Below are positions 28,061-37,825 of a DNA stretch of 64,000 nt, in pieces. The stretch's first letter is position 1, and every line of letters begins with the position of its first letter. The position numbers and the translations under genes were made by a program. Below the pieces are notes generated by a model, which saw only the letters and a program-made list of their open reading frames with translations, did no database searches and was not told where the DNA came from. Origin of the DNA: a virus (taxonomy: Duplodnaviria; Caudoviricetes); IMG/VR virus record IMGVR_UViG_3300002026_000146, positions 6,919 to 70,918 of that record; one strand, 5' to 3'.

Positions 28061-30283
28061 TTTCGATGTAGGCAGACGCGAGCGGTTCGGCACTTGGGTT
28101 TTGCTGTTGCTCGGGGGTTTAGCTGCAGCGGCTGCTGCAGCCTGGGTTGCTGCGACGCGAGCGTCGATGCGCTTCTGCTGCAGGTCGCGCTCTTTCAGCT
28201 GAATGTCAGCGTCGAGTTTTTCGCGCTCCAGCTGGTGCTCGCGCTCCTTGAGGCTCATCTCCTGCTGGGCCATCTGCTCGTCGATGCTCATCTTGTGCTC
28301 GGCGACTTGGGCCTTGACCTGAACCTCAGCCATCTTCGCCTGACCAGAGCCGTCGTCCGGCTCGCCCTGCTCGATGACCTGGGCCTTGGCATGTGTCTCT
28401 CGGGTCTTGGCATCTTTGAGTTGTGAGTCGGCACCCTTGACGGCGGCTTCGCTGCGCAGCTTGTCGAGTTCTGCCTGCATGGTCTCCAACTGAATGCGCT
28501 GCTGTTCCTGCGCCTCGGGACTCTGGCTGGCCTCCTTCATCTGGCGGATGATCTCTTTCTTGTTCAGCAAGCGGCTGGCGTCGATCAGCACAGTGTCTGG
28601 AACCATGATCCCGGCTTCTTTCAGGGCCATGGCCTGCTCGAACTGGGAGTCTTCGAGGGTTTCGCGGTGCGGCACGCTTGTGACGACCACGTCGTACTCG
28701 CCCAAGGTCAGGTCGTTAAGGATTTCTTGGTAGGGGTTCTCTTCAGCCTCCTCGCCGGTCTCTGCCTCGGGGTTGGGCTGGTTGACTGTGAACGTCTCTG
28801 CCTCACCCGTGGCGTGATCGTGGGTGATCGTCATCATCCGTTCTTCGGTGTAAAACTCCTGAACCAAGTCAAGGATATTTCGAGCAAGGATCGCGTCGCT
28901 GCGCGTGAGGTTGTCCAGTGGTTTGACGAGATTTGTAGAACCCGCTTTTTGCTTCGCCTGGATTGCTTTCGCCGCAACATCAGCTCTGTCCATGCCCTGC
29001 ATCGAGTCGGATATACCAGAGATCGTCTTAATCGACTCCTCGGCTTTGTACGAGATACGGTCGAGTCCTTGCGGAACTTGATTAGGAGCAATCTTCTGGA
29101 CATCTTTGTCTGGGTCTCCATTGACTTCGATGACCAGGCCGGTCTGAGCGCCCTTGTCTTCGAGTTCTTCCACGGTCATGTTGGACAGTGCGCCCGCCTT
29201 GACCTTGTAGCCAGAGTTGGCCGTGGTGTTTACGACATGGAGTTCCTGACTCGTGACCTTGTTAAGCAGCTCTTGAGGTCCGAGTAGGTTCTCAACAAGA
29301 CCGATGGTGGTTCCACGGCGGAAGTGCGGAAAATACGGTACGACGGTAAAGTGCTGGTAAGGAGACCAATCATCGTGGAGGACGATGTTGTCGGCGACCA
29401 CAGTCCAACGAATGCGACGTACCAGTTTAGGAACAACTTGGAAGCCGTATTTTTCAACGAAGAAAGCAATGCGGTCACGGTTAAATTCCTCGGGGATGGG
29501 GCGCATGTCGCCGGTCTGTGGTGCCAGGAAGTGTTTCTGGCGGTCGAGCACGCGGTACTGGCGCTCAATGACGCGGATGTTGCGCATGGCGCTCGTGTCC
29601 TGCAGTCCCTGCACGTAGGCAGCGTTGCGCGGGTCACCAAAGCGGTCGCGGTTGATGGAAAGTGAGTCGTGGGCGTAGGTCAGAGAGGAGCCGACCTTCT
29701 GCTGGAGGATTTCCGCGTCGGCCTTGTTGTACAAGACCGCGATGTCGTCGCTGGTGAGCCACTTTGTCGTGTGAACCTCGCTCCACTTGTCCGGGTCGTA
29801 TTCCTCGGCGTCCGGGTCGATGATCACGTTCTTCGGATTGATGTTTTCGATACGAACCTCGCCCTCCATCGAGTCGCCGTACTCCAGACGGACGTCCAGA
29901 AATCCACGGGAGCCGATGATTCCGTCGGCAAACATGTCCGAGCGCTTCCAATCGAGATGATTGTTGTCGCTGATCTGCTTAAACACCTTGTTGAGCACGT
30001 CGGCGGTCGTGGCCGGCGCGCCGGAGCGTGGCCGGAAGCTGATTTCTGCCCGGTTGTTGATCTGCTCACCCATCACGTTGGAGACGGTGGACAAAATCTT
30101 GTTGACCGTTATGACTGGGCGGCGCTGGGCCTCTAGTTTGGCCCGGTCGCTCGGTGCCCACTGGTTGCCCGCGAAGAACTGCTCGCATTTATCGACCTTC
30201 TCGACGTACTTGCTGTGCCCGTGGTCACGGGCGTAGGCGAAGCGGTTCCAAATTTTCGTGGCGAGTTCAGTATTGACGGGCAT
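28055..30283 (-). CDS. Portal protein, podovirus type
   Basis: 742 aa; PVITVNKILSTV, GQINNRAEISFRP pattern, long helical C-terminal barrel; downstream of terL. Confidence 0.85.
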   Translation of the reverse strand: MPVNTELATKIWNRFAYARDHGHSKYVEKVDKCEQFFAGNQWAPSDRAKLEAQRRPVITVNKILSTVSNVMGEQINNRAEISFRPRSGAPATTADVLNKVFKQISDNNHLDWKRSDMFADGIIGSRGFLDVRLEYGDSMEGEVRIENINPKNVIIDPDAEEYDPDKWSEVHTTKWLTSDDIAVLYNKADAEILQQKVGSSLTYAHDSLSINRDRFGDPRNAAYVQGLQDTSAMRNIRVIERQYRVLDRQKHFLAPQTGDMRPIPEEFNRDRIAFFVEKYGFQVVPKLVRRIRWTVVADNIVLHDDWSPYQHFTVVPYFPHFRRGTTIGLVENLLGPQELLNKVTSQELHVVNTTANSGYKVKAGALSNMTVEELEDKGAQTGLVIEVNGDPDKDVQKIAPNQVPQGLDRISYKAEESIKTISGISDSMQGMDRADVAAKAIQAKQKAGSTNLVKPLDNLTRSDAILARNILDLVQEFYTEERMMTITHDHATGEAETFTVNQPNPEAETGEEAEENPYQEILNDLTLGEYDVVVTSVPHRETLEDSQFEQAMALKEAGIMVPDTVLIDASRLLNKKEIIRQMKEASQSPEAQEQQRIQLETMQAELDKLRSEAAVKGADSQLKDAKTRETHAKAQVIEQGEPDDGSGQAKMAEVQVKAQVAEHKMSIDEQMAQQEMSLKEREHQLEREKLDADIQLKERDLQQKRIDARVAATQAAAAAAAKPPSNSKTQVPNRSRLPTSKS

Positions 30284-30290
30284 AGGTGAC

Positions 30291-30650
30291 CTACTTCAGA
30301 AATTTCAGCTTATAGAGCGTCTGAGCGGTCAGCTCCTCCAGCTCGGCGAGGATGTTCAGTAGTGCCTGGCTTCCGTGTTCGTCCTCTTTCGCCTCCTCCC
30401 GCACCAGCGCGAGGTAGTCGTCTATCAATTCGACCGGGTCGTCGTATTCGAGGGGTTTGACGTTGGGGTACTTCGGGATTTTTCCTTCGATCCCTGTGTA
30501 GACCTCGGCGTACTTGTCGATGAGGGTCACGAGGGCTTCATAGAAGCCGTCCAAGGCCATGTGCTGCGCGTACGAGCGACTGGCGAGGTGTGCAAGGTGC
30601 GCGGCGGTGCGCACGGCGAGGGTCTGGGAGATGAATTCTGGGCAGGACAT
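30291..30650 (-). CDS. Ferritin/Dps-like four-helix protein
   Basis: AHLAHL...SYAQHMALDGFYE...DKYAEVY...NILAELEE...TLYKL. Confidence 0.6.
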   Translation of the reverse strand: MSCPEFISQTLAVRTAAHLAHLASRSYAQHMALDGFYEALVTLIDKYAEVYTGIEGKIPKYPNVKPLEYDDPVELIDDYLALVREEAKEDEHGSQALLNILAELEELTAQTLYKLKFLK

Positions 30651-30652
30651 AT

Positions 30653-31201
30653 CTAGTTACCTCCGTAGGGTCTACCCCGCAATGTGGCGGCGGTGCCGTA
30701 GGTCGACTGGCCAAGTTCATTCGCCTGGATTAACGTGCCCGCATCGGGGACCATCCGACCGACAGCTTGACCCACCATGTCCATCGAAGGGCGCATACCC
30801 GCTGCGTTCACTTGCTGGAACTGACCGATAGAGCGCCTCGTTCCGGCCAGGACAGACTGCCCGGCATATTTACCCAGCACTGGGATCGCCCCAAGTGCGG
30901 AAGTCACAGCACCGACGTTGTCACCTTCGAGCAGCGCTTTGCCTGTACCGTAAACCCCTGCTGCAACATTCAGTGGCGATGATGCGAGTTGCGCGACCTG
31001 TGCGACAGCCGGGTAATCCTCGTGGAATTGTTGTACTTCCTGCACCATCGGCGCGGCGGTATCCCGAACTCCCTGCCCGAGTGCGCCCCAGAACTGCGAA
31101 CTCGTCGGCCCTTGGGCCAACGGGCCTGGGGCTGCACCGGGCAGCGGTTGTCCGCCGTCGCGCAGCTTAAGGTACTTGGGGGTGCGGTTGAGGTTGTTCA
31201 T
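30653..31201 (-). CDS. Hypothetical protein, 182 aa
   Basis: ORF coupled to the terL stop. Confidence 0.6.
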   Translation of the reverse strand: MNNLNRTPKYLKLRDGGQPLPGAAPGPLAQGPTSSQFWGALGQGVRDTAAPMVQEVQQFHEDYPAVAQVAQLASSPLNVAAGVYGTGKALLEGDNVGAVTSALGAIPVLGKYAGQSVLAGTRRSIGQFQQVNAAGMRPSMDMVGQAVGRMVPDAGTLIQANELGQSTYGTAATLRGRPYGGN

Positions 31202-32739
31202 GCTGACATGAAACTGCCCTTGGCAGAGTTGCGGGTTATGCGGTCTCGCCAGCTGGGGAGGACTTTTTCTGCCTTGCGGCGTGGGGGTTGCGCGCCGATG
31301 GCCATCTGGGTGGCCCAGCTCAGGGAGTCGACGCAGTCATCGTGTGCTCCGGCGGGGAACCTCAGCATCTCCAGGCGACATGTGTCGTACCACTCGGCGC
31401 TCTGGTCGGAGTTGAAGCTCACCCGGCCCTGCTGCATCCGGCCCTGGAGCGGGCGGGCACGCGCCAACTTGTCCGTGATCGGTTTAAGGACTTGCGTAGC
31501 GGGGTAGAAGTTCAGTTCTCTCATGCGCTTCTTCAGTAGAGATTCGATGGCACGGTAAATCTGGCCGTCCTCGAAGCCGAGGCGCTGGCCGGAAGTGTAC
31601 CACTTCTTACTTAGACGTAAGATAGCATCGACCACCGCAAACGCGTCCCCTGACTTGAACCTGATCTGCTCGGCCACGTGCAGCGTGTCGTCCTCGTCTT
31701 GGAGTAAGACCGTGCCGACCGTGTAGTCGTTCTGCTTCTTTTCGCTGATGGCGAAGTCCCAGGCGATGAACACGTTACTGCGCTCGACGGCAGGGATGCC
31801 TCCCCGGCGGAAGTTCTCTTTGAGGAAGTAGCTGCCGTCATCGGGCACCGGGTTCTGCTGGTACAGGGCCGACCAGAACCGTGGGCTGATCGTGGTCTTG
31901 ATCTGGTTGAGCATCTTCAGGTCGTAGCGCTCCGGGTGCAGAGCCTCGCCCTTATTGCGCAGGAGTTTGCCGGATTCGGGAGGTTCGTAGACGATCAGGT
32001 CTGTGTCGTAGTCGAGGTATTCGTCTGATTCGGCGATGGCGGGGTACTTGACGACGGTGAACTGATCGGCGTCAGGGTTCGACATAGCGTTTTGGAGTCG
32101 ACCGGCCAAGTCATCGTCATGCCACCAAGTCTGCACCACCAATACGCCCCCGCCCGGTGCGAGCCGGGTGTACGCGGTCGATCCATACCAGTCCCAAAGC
32201 TTCTCTCGGATATCAGCACTGTCGGCCTCCTCAGCGTTCTTTAACGGGTCGTCAATGATCAGCAGGTGGGCACCCTTCCCCGTGATGCCCCCGCCCACTC
32301 CAGCGGCCACGTAGGCCCCTTTACTGGACTGCAGGCTCCATTCCTCAGCTGACTTATCGTTCGGGTCGAGCCGGGCATCAAAAACAGGGTGGTAATTGGG
32401 GTCTTCCAGCACGGATTTGACCTTTTTGGAGAAGGTCATGGCCAGAGAGACGTTGTACGAGCAGGCGATGATCTCGTGATCCGGGTTTCGGCCCAGGTGC
32501 CAGGACGGGAAAGCACGGGAGCAGAGTTCAGATTTACCTGATCGCGGGGGCATCAGCAGCATCAGCCTTGGGGAGAGCTTGGCTGCCACGTCGTCGGAGA
32601 ATTTTTCTAAGCGCCGACAGATGTCCTCGTGGACCCACCCGGCCAGATACTGCTCATTGAGCCGCTGCACGAACGGCAAGAGGGAGCGCCGGGACAGAAT
32701 CCTTGAGGCCAGCTCCTTATGGGCAGCGGCATGACTCAT
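31198..32739 (-). CDS. terL: Terminase large subunit
   Basis: MPPRSGKSE Walker A, LLIIDDP Walker B, AWDFA and HDDCVD nuclease motifs. Confidence 0.95.
   Translation of the reverse strand: MSHAAAHKELASRILSRRSLLPFVQRLNEQYLAGWVHEDICRRLEKFSDDVAAKLSPRLMLLMPPRSGKSELCSRAFPSWHLGRNPDHEIIACSYNVSLAMTFSKKVKSVLEDPNYHPVFDARLDPNDKSAEEWSLQSSKGAYVAAGVGGGITGKGAHLLIIDDPLKNAEEADSADIREKLWDWYGSTAYTRLAPGGGVLVVQTWWHDDDLAGRLQNAMSNPDADQFTVVKYPAIAESDEYLDYDTDLIVYEPPESGKLLRNKGEALHPERYDLKMLNQIKTTISPRFWSALYQQNPVPDDGSYFLKENFRRGGIPAVERSNVFIAWDFAISEKKQNDYTVGTVLLQDEDDTLHVAEQIRFKSGDAFAVVDAILRLSKKWYTSGQRLGFEDGQIYRAIESLLKKRMRELNFYPATQVLKPITDKLARARPLQGRMQQGRVSFNSDQSAEWYDTCRLEMLRFPAGAHDDCVDSLSWATQMAIGAQPPRRKAEKVLPSWRDRITRNSAKGSFMSA
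31605..31622 (-). promoter_or_regulatory. 18-bp motif copy inside terL
   Basis: TCTTACGTCTAAGTAAGA, 16/18 match. Confidence 0.45.
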
Positions 32740-33026
32740 TCGAACGGCCTGGTGTCGACGAACACTGGAGTGCCCTCACCCATCCACGCGCTCTGGATGT
32801 TGAACTCGAACCACTCCTCGGCATCCTCACGAGGCATGTCGCGGGCCAGGACGTCGATCACACGGCTGCGCTCGTAGGCGGCGACGTGTAGCCCACCGGC
32901 CCGAGTACACACGCCCAGAAGGGCATCGTCGAATTTCTGTTCCAACAGTGCCGGGCCACCCGGCTCGTCGGACAGCCTCATCAGTTCACGAATCAAGCTC
33001 GTCTGGTACATCGGTGATGTCCTCAA
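32736..33026 (-). CDS. Phage hypothetical protein
   Basis: AYERSRVIDVL...DAEEWFEFNIQSAWMGEGTPVF; between terS and terL. Confidence 0.6.
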   Translation of the reverse strand: MRTSPMYQTSLIRELMRLSDEPGGPALLEQKFDDALLGVCTRAGGLHVAAYERSRVIDVLARDMPREDAEEWFEFNIQSAWMGEGTPVFVDTRPFE

Positions 33027-33579
33027 GTAGTGGGAGTTCGTTTTTAGAGATGACCTGAAGCAGCTCGGCGTCGGTCATGGAGTTCAACTTGTCGAGAATG
33101 ATGTTGCCGGTCACATCTACCTTCACCCGATGCTCGACCGGCGCGTAGTAGCCGCAGATTTTTCCGATCTCCCGCCATCCCGAGATCATGGAGGCAGGCT
33201 CGGACATCAGCTTGGCCATCTCGATGGACTCCAGCATGCCATCCATGACTTTCTGGCGAGTCATCTGCCCGGCCTCTTGCCATTTGGCTTCGTACTGGGC
33301 TTTGAGGGCCAGGACGTGCGGCATGCGGGCGAGCCGGTAGGCTAGTTTGTGGTCTGAGTACCCGGCACGGATACATGCAGAGGTGACCGACTCACCTTCG
33401 GCCCAGCACTTGACGAACTCCTTCTGCTTTTCAGTGAGGGGTTTGTTTGGGTCGATGAGCGCAGCGGATGCGGCTGAGGAGTTGGACTTGCCCTTGGCGC
33501 GGGCGACTTCTACGCCGCGCTCACCGCCGTGGCGTTTGATTTGAGAGTAAGGGGACTTGGTCAGGGTTTTAGTGGCCAT
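32986..33579 (-). CDS. terS: Terminase small subunit
   Basis: LTEKQKEFV...SACIRAGYS HTH pattern; upstream of terL. Confidence 0.8.
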   Translation of the reverse strand: MATKTLTKSPYSQIKRHGGERGVEVARAKGKSNSSAASAALIDPNKPLTEKQKEFVKCWAEGESVTSACIRAGYSDHKLAYRLARMPHVLALKAQYEAKWQEAGQMTRQKVMDGMLESIEMAKLMSEPASMISGWREIGKICGYYAPVEHRVKVDVTGNIILDKLNSMTDAELLQVISKNELPLLEDITDVPDELDS

Positions 33580-33589
33580 GGTTGGGGAT

Positions 33590-33607
33590 TCTAACTTAGA
33601 CGTTAGA
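33590..33607 (-). promoter_or_regulatory. 18-bp motif copy upstream of terS
   Basis: TCTAACGTCTAAGTTAGA, 10 nt before the ATG. Confidence 0.7.
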
Positions 33608-33811
33608 TATTTGCTCCCAGAAATTTTTCATAAAAATTTTCAACTTACGGTCTCGTGGGTCCCTCTATATGGCCGCGTCCAAAGACCGCCCCACTTCGGA
33701 TTCGTGATCGACCACAGCTGAAAAGGAGTCTCTTCGTGCTAGGCCATCTGGACTTCGTGGTTGCGCTGCTGCGTCCTCGTGGTTCGTTGCTCCTCGCTCT
33801 TCGTGTGTTTG

Positions 33812-33849
33812 TTCCGACCGCTTACGCGTTCGGTTTGCTTTGGCTTTTT
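33812..33849 (+). repeat. Leader hairpin element, copy 1
   Basis: TTCCGACCGCTTACGCGTTCGGTTTGCTTTGGCTTTTT. Confidence 0.7.
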
Positions 33850-33878
33850 GGTTCATCAACACTTACTAGGAGGACATC

Positions 33879-34190
33879 ATGTCCATCGGTACTTCTCTCG
33901 CCCGTGGTACAGCCACGGTTGGCGCTTGGTCTTGGGATAAGACTGTTCGTATTGGCAACGGCGTTATCAACAACGGTGGTGACTTCTTCACTGTCTTAGC
34001 TGACGACTTCACTGCCAAGAACGAAGTACTCGCTGCCAAGCGTGTCGTCGACTTCGCAGCGCAGGATGCAGCCCGTGCTGCACTGCGCGCTCAGATCGCC
34101 GCATCACGACTTGCGTTGCCTGCACCCGAGCCTGTTCAAGCGATCTCGTCGCCGATCAAGCCCGCAAAGGCCGTGCCTGCGAAGGCGTAA
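33879..34190 (+). CDS. Early hypothetical protein, 103 aa
   Basis: Strong AGGAGG RBS; first gene of the plus arm. Confidence 0.7.
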   Translation: MSIGTSLARGTATVGAWSWDKTVRIGNGVINNGGDFFTVLADDFTAKNEVLAAKRVVDFAAQDAARAALRAQIAASRLALPAPEPVQAISSPIKPAKAVPAKA

Positions 34191-34303
34191 CACGACCGCA
34201 CCACCAACAGGGGTTGGGGTGCCCTCGTGCTTCCCTTAGCAGGGTGGCACACCAAGGTTTGCTCGTACCTATTTACGGGCCTTATATTGATTAGGAGAAC
34301 GCC

Positions 34304-34609
34304 ATGGCCAAACCAACTGTCGCTTCCCTCGAAGCACGTATCGTAGCCCTCGAAGCCCTCGTGGCTTCGCTCTCAACCCCAAAGCCCCAAGCGCCTGCAA
34401 CACCGAAGCTGGCGCTCAAACGCGAAGTACCAGCACCGGTGGTGACGTACTTCGTGCGCGGTGGCCAACGCTGGATGAAAACACGTTGCGGCAATCGTTC
34501 AGTCGAGCGCTTAGCCGATACGCCCGTGGCCCCGACCCCTTCCTACGATGAAGAGTACGGCTACCCCGTGTACGACGACGAAGGTAGTAACTACTACCTC
34601 GGCGAATGA
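34304..34609 (+). CDS. Early hypothetical protein, 101 aa
   Basis: AGGAG RBS. Confidence 0.65.
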   Translation: MAKPTVASLEARIVALEALVASLSTPKPQAPATPKLALKREVPAPVVTYFVRGGQRWMKTRCGNRSVERLADTPVAPTPSYDEEYGYPVYDDEGSNYYLGE

Positions 34610-34617
34610 AGCGCCAA

Positions 34618-34637
34618 CACCTACCGCGAGGTAGGTG
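34618..34637 (+). terminator. 8-bp stem with a GCGA (GNRA) tetraloop
   Basis: CACCTACC-GCGA-GGTAGGTG just after a stop codon. Confidence 0.5.
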
Positions 34638-34690
34638 GCCCTTTGGGCATTGTGGCAAGTTCGCCATGCTATAGAAATAGGAGCACTCGT

Positions 34691-35122
34691 ATGGGCGTTG
34701 CATTTTTACTCGTCGTACTCGCATTCGCACTCATTAGTGTTGGTGCAGAGATCGTGTTCATCGGATTGTTTTTGAGTCCTCGCATGCGCGGCAAGATGCT
34801 CGGAAATAAGGTCGCGGTGCGATGTTTACACGCATTTATTTTGGCCGCAAACCTCTACGTGCATTGGGGCAGTGGAGCTGCCGGAACCAATGCATCGTTG
34901 CTTGCTTTCATCATGTCGCCCGTCGCAATGTGGCTCTCAAAACACATCTTCGGATACTTCACACATGGCGAGACTTTCAAGCATGGGTGGATCAAATACA
35001 GCGCGAAGGAACTGCTCGACGATGAGCAGTATGAGTTGTACATCATCACCCTCGCCGACAAGGCGCAACACGAACTCACAAAGTTCGAGAAACAAGAACT
35101 GGAGCTATATGCACAAGCATGA
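34691..35122 (+). CDS. Membrane protein with about 3 TM helices
   Basis: AGGAG RBS; start MGVAFLLV. Confidence 0.65.
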   Translation: MGVAFLLVVLAFALISVGAEIVFIGLFLSPRMRGKMLGNKVAVRCLHAFILAANLYVHWGSGAAGTNASLLAFIMSPVAMWLSKHIFGYFTHGETFKHGWIKYSAKELLDDEQYELYIITLADKAQHELTKFEKQELELYAQA

Positions 35123-35196
35123 CCGCATCGTTGTCAACGGCTGCATCTTCGCGGCCTTTTTATTAACCGCCATCTTGATGGCAACTGGAGGATGAA

Positions 35197-35403
35197 ATGG
35201 ACAATTGCATCGACTGCGTATTAGTGTCCTGCCCCGATCAGGGACACAACCAAACCGCATGCGCGTTTATTAAATTTGCACCCGAGTTCGAGGTGTACAC
35301 ATTCAACGAACGTACAGGCAGCGAGAACATTCACTTGTTCTACACACAGGAAGCAGCTGATGCTTTCCTGCGCCGCCAACCATCACACCTGATGGCTCAC
35401 TGA
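35197..35403 (+). CDS. Hypothetical protein, 68 aa
   Basis: GGAGG RBS. Confidence 0.55.
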   Translation: MDNCIDCVLVSCPDQGHNQTACAFIKFAPEFEVYTFNERTGSENIHLFYTQEAADAFLRRQPSHLMAH

Positions 35404-35407
35404 ACTC

Positions 35408-35442
35408 TTCAACACTGCACGTTATGAGCGTGCAGTATGAAG
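35408..35442 (+). repeat. TTATGAG-loop hairpin, copy 1
   Basis: TTCAACA-CTGCACG-TTATGAG-CGTGCAG-TATGAAG. Confidence 0.75.
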
Positions 35443-35472
35443 CGCTCATGCTTCCCAACTAGGAGATACCAA

Positions 35473-35721
35473 ATGACACTCGATAAACAAGCAGTCGTGA
35501 TCCAAGGATTACGCAACGACGGCTGCTGGGAAATTCCAACTCGCGCAAAGAACTCGCGTTGCTTCAAATGGGTCAGTCCAACAGCTGACCTCGAAGAGTT
35601 CTGGTTCGTCAACAAGAATGGCAACACCTGGGCGGGCACAGACAACCGCATTGGCAAAGCAGAGTATTGGCCGCAGACTGGCCGGTACCTGCTCAACCGT
35701 GCTGCAACAAGGGGGTATTGA
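35473..35721 (+). CDS. Hypothetical protein, Trp-rich
   Basis: AGGAG RBS; start MTLDKQ. Confidence 0.6.
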   Translation: MTLDKQAVVIQGLRNDGCWEIPTRAKNSRCFKWVSPTADLEEFWFVNKNGNTWAGTDNRIGKAEYWPQTGRYLLNRAATRGY

Positions 35722-35723
35722 AC

Positions 35724-35960
35724 ATGTTCGAACCAACCTACAAACTGCACGTCGCTGGTCAACGTGTCAAACCAATCTACACGCTACATGTCAGCGGTTG
35801 GCACGTTGACAACACGGACATGCGGTGCTTGATCCTTCTCGGTTATGGGATGTCGCTCACAGGCCGTGACTGGAGCATCACACCGCAGTACGAGTTCGAC
35901 AACGAATTGCACTCGTACACACACGGCACTGACCCGGTGCCTCTACCGCCCACGTTCTGA
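35724..35960 (+). CDS. Hypothetical protein
   Basis: Start MFEPTY. Confidence 0.5.
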   Translation: MFEPTYKLHVAGQRVKPIYTLHVSGWHVDNTDMRCLILLGYGMSLTGRDWSITPQYEFDNELHSYTHGTDPVPLPPTF

Positions 35961-35965
35961 ATTCA

Positions 35966-36010
35966 TTCCGATCGCTTACGCGCTCGGTTTGCTTCGGCTT
36001 TCGGCTTTTT
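35966..36010 (+). repeat. Leader hairpin element, copy 2
   Basis: TTCCGATCGCTTACGCGCTCGGTTTGCTTCGGCTTTCGGCTTTTT. Confidence 0.7.
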
Positions 36011-36028
36011 ATTCATTAGGAGGAAATC

Positions 36029-36211
36029 ATGCAAATCACCATCGCCTACAAAGAGTTCTTAACCACCATCAAGGACGACGAAGGCAACGAGATTCTCAGA
36101 TTCAAAGATGAGAACTGCTCGTTCACAGCAGATAGCACTGCAGTCATTAACGTGATTGCAGGACTGATGAAACAGATCGCTGCTCAAACAGAAGCGATCA
36201 AACGACTGTAG
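36029..36211 (+). CDS. Hypothetical protein, 60 aa
   Basis: AGGAGG RBS. Confidence 0.65.
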   Translation: MQITIAYKEFLTTIKDDEGNEILRFKDENCSFTADSTAVINVIAGLMKQIAAQTEAIKRL

Positions 36212-36216
36212 GACTT

Positions 36217-36251
36217 TTCAACACTGCGCTTTATGAGAGCGCAGCATGAAG
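36217..36251 (+). repeat. TTATGAG-loop hairpin, copy 2
   Basis: TTCAACA-CTGCGCT-TTATGAG-AGCGCAG-CATGAAG. Confidence 0.75.
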
Positions 36252-36780
36252 GGACAACAACTCTCCCATCACTACCGCGATAGAGCCAGCGCTCGCGGAT
36301 AGGGCAAAGACTGGCATCGGAACCTATGGGCGTTGCTTACCGAACGCAGATCGAAAGATCAGCCCTAATGAAACCTACCACTGGCCCACCGAACTGGTGT
36401 TGAGCAATCAACCGTTTGATCCACGAAACGAGATCCATAAACGTCCCGCAACTACTTGAAAGGAGTTCGATGAAACCTCTCCGTTAGTATTGGCTGCTCC
36501 TGCCATCAAAGAGAGCGCACACCGGCTGCAAGCGCAAGGTGCCACGAATGTTGGTTCATCGACATTCACCCCACGGCCGACGATATCTCCGAGGCCCGCG
36601 CTCGACGACAACGCAACCACGATCTCAACCCTCTCCACTGTCTCAAGTAACGTCAGGTAAGAACTGATGTTGCGCGAGCCTGCCATTCTTACTGGCAACA
36701 GTGCTGCAGAGGGACAAGACCAATCTGTCACGTCCGTGCATCCGCTCCACGTAAAAGCGGAATATACCCAAAGGAAAAAC

Positions 36781-36993
36781 ATGGCTACAAGCTCAAAGAT
36801 CAAACTACGTCGCGAACGCATGATCAGTCTCACTGACTGGTTAGAACGCCAAACCGACGTATCTGATGATGACAACGAACCTTCGACCTTGATTGAACGT
36901 CAAACCACGGAACTCGCACGGCAACTCCGCTGCACCGAGACCATGGCACAGAAAATCTTGTTCGGACAAATCCCTCACCCTGACTCTATTTAA
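36781..36993 (+). CDS. Hypothetical protein, 70 aa
   Basis: AAGGA RBS; start MATSSK. Confidence 0.5.
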   Translation: MATSSKIKLRRERMISLTDWLERQTDVSDDDNEPSTLIERQTTELARQLRCTETMAQKILFGQIPHPDSI

Positions 36994-37009
36994 CTTCAAA
37001 GGAAATATC

Positions 37010-37825
37010 ATGGACTTGCACAATTTTGTTAAAACAACCATCAATCCTGAAATCGCTGCACAAATGGCGACGTCAATCGCATGGCGCATCGACACTCTGC
37101 TCCAACAGCAGGCACGTGAACTCCTCAAAGAGTTGAAACCCGAACTGACTCGTCAAGGCATTGATGAATTCAACGACCTCGAAGCAGCAATTGCTGGCGA
37201 AGTGATGCAGGAGTACCTCTCCACGCAAGCCGGTGGCGAGCAAGGTGGATGCATATCCAACATCCAACACCTCAACCCAATGCGTGATGAGTGGCACACC
37301 CTTGCCAAGAAACTCACCGGGTTGACCTTCGACAAGGATGGTGTCGGTAAGGACTATGAGATTCCTGATATCGACGAGGTGTTCTTCACACCTATCGAGT
37401 TGAAGGTAAAGCCGGAGGCTCAACGTCGTGCCATCAAACGTGCACAGCGAAGTGCTGATGCCTACGGACTCGACGAGGAGCAAAAGGCTGTGAAGGTTCG
37501 CAAGACTATTGCTCGCAAAGAAGAGAAAGCTGCTGACACCAGCCGATTCCTCACCGAGCAGCAACCTACAGTGAACACGCTGTACCGACTGGCCAGCAAA
37601 GCTGCGCTCCCAATCGAACTCACTCACGAATTTGACGAGTTGCCCAACCGCATCAAGCTCACGCTGCTCACCACAGCACGCGATGCAGCACTTCGTCTCG
37701 CCACGTGGGCAGAGGATTACTTCTGGCTCACAGAGAACGAGTTCGACGATATCGACAGCTGTTCGATGAAAGTCGACAAAGCCTTGAAGGCTCACATCGA
37801 TCACCTCACTAAAGAAACGGCTTAA
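37010..37825 (+). CDS. Helical hypothetical protein, 271 aa
   Basis: AAGGA RBS; start MDLHNF. Confidence 0.7.
   Translation: MDLHNFVKTTINPEIAAQMATSIAWRIDTLLQQQARELLKELKPELTRQGIDEFNDLEAAIAGEVMQEYLSTQAGGEQGGCISNIQHLNPMRDEWHTLAKKLTGLTFDKDGVGKDYEIPDIDEVFFTPIELKVKPEAQRRAIKRAQRSADAYGLDEEQKAVKVRKTIARKEEKAADTSRFLTEQQPTVNTLYRLASKAALPIELTHEFDELPNRIKLTLLTTARDAALRLATWAEDYFWLTENEFDDIDSCSMKVDKALKAHIDHLTKETA

Noticed and set aside
3309-33544. Many + strand ORFs across the structural arm, e.g. 22156..23277
   Set aside because: They lie opposite well-supported minus-strand genes; the high GC at third positions keeps antisense frames open.
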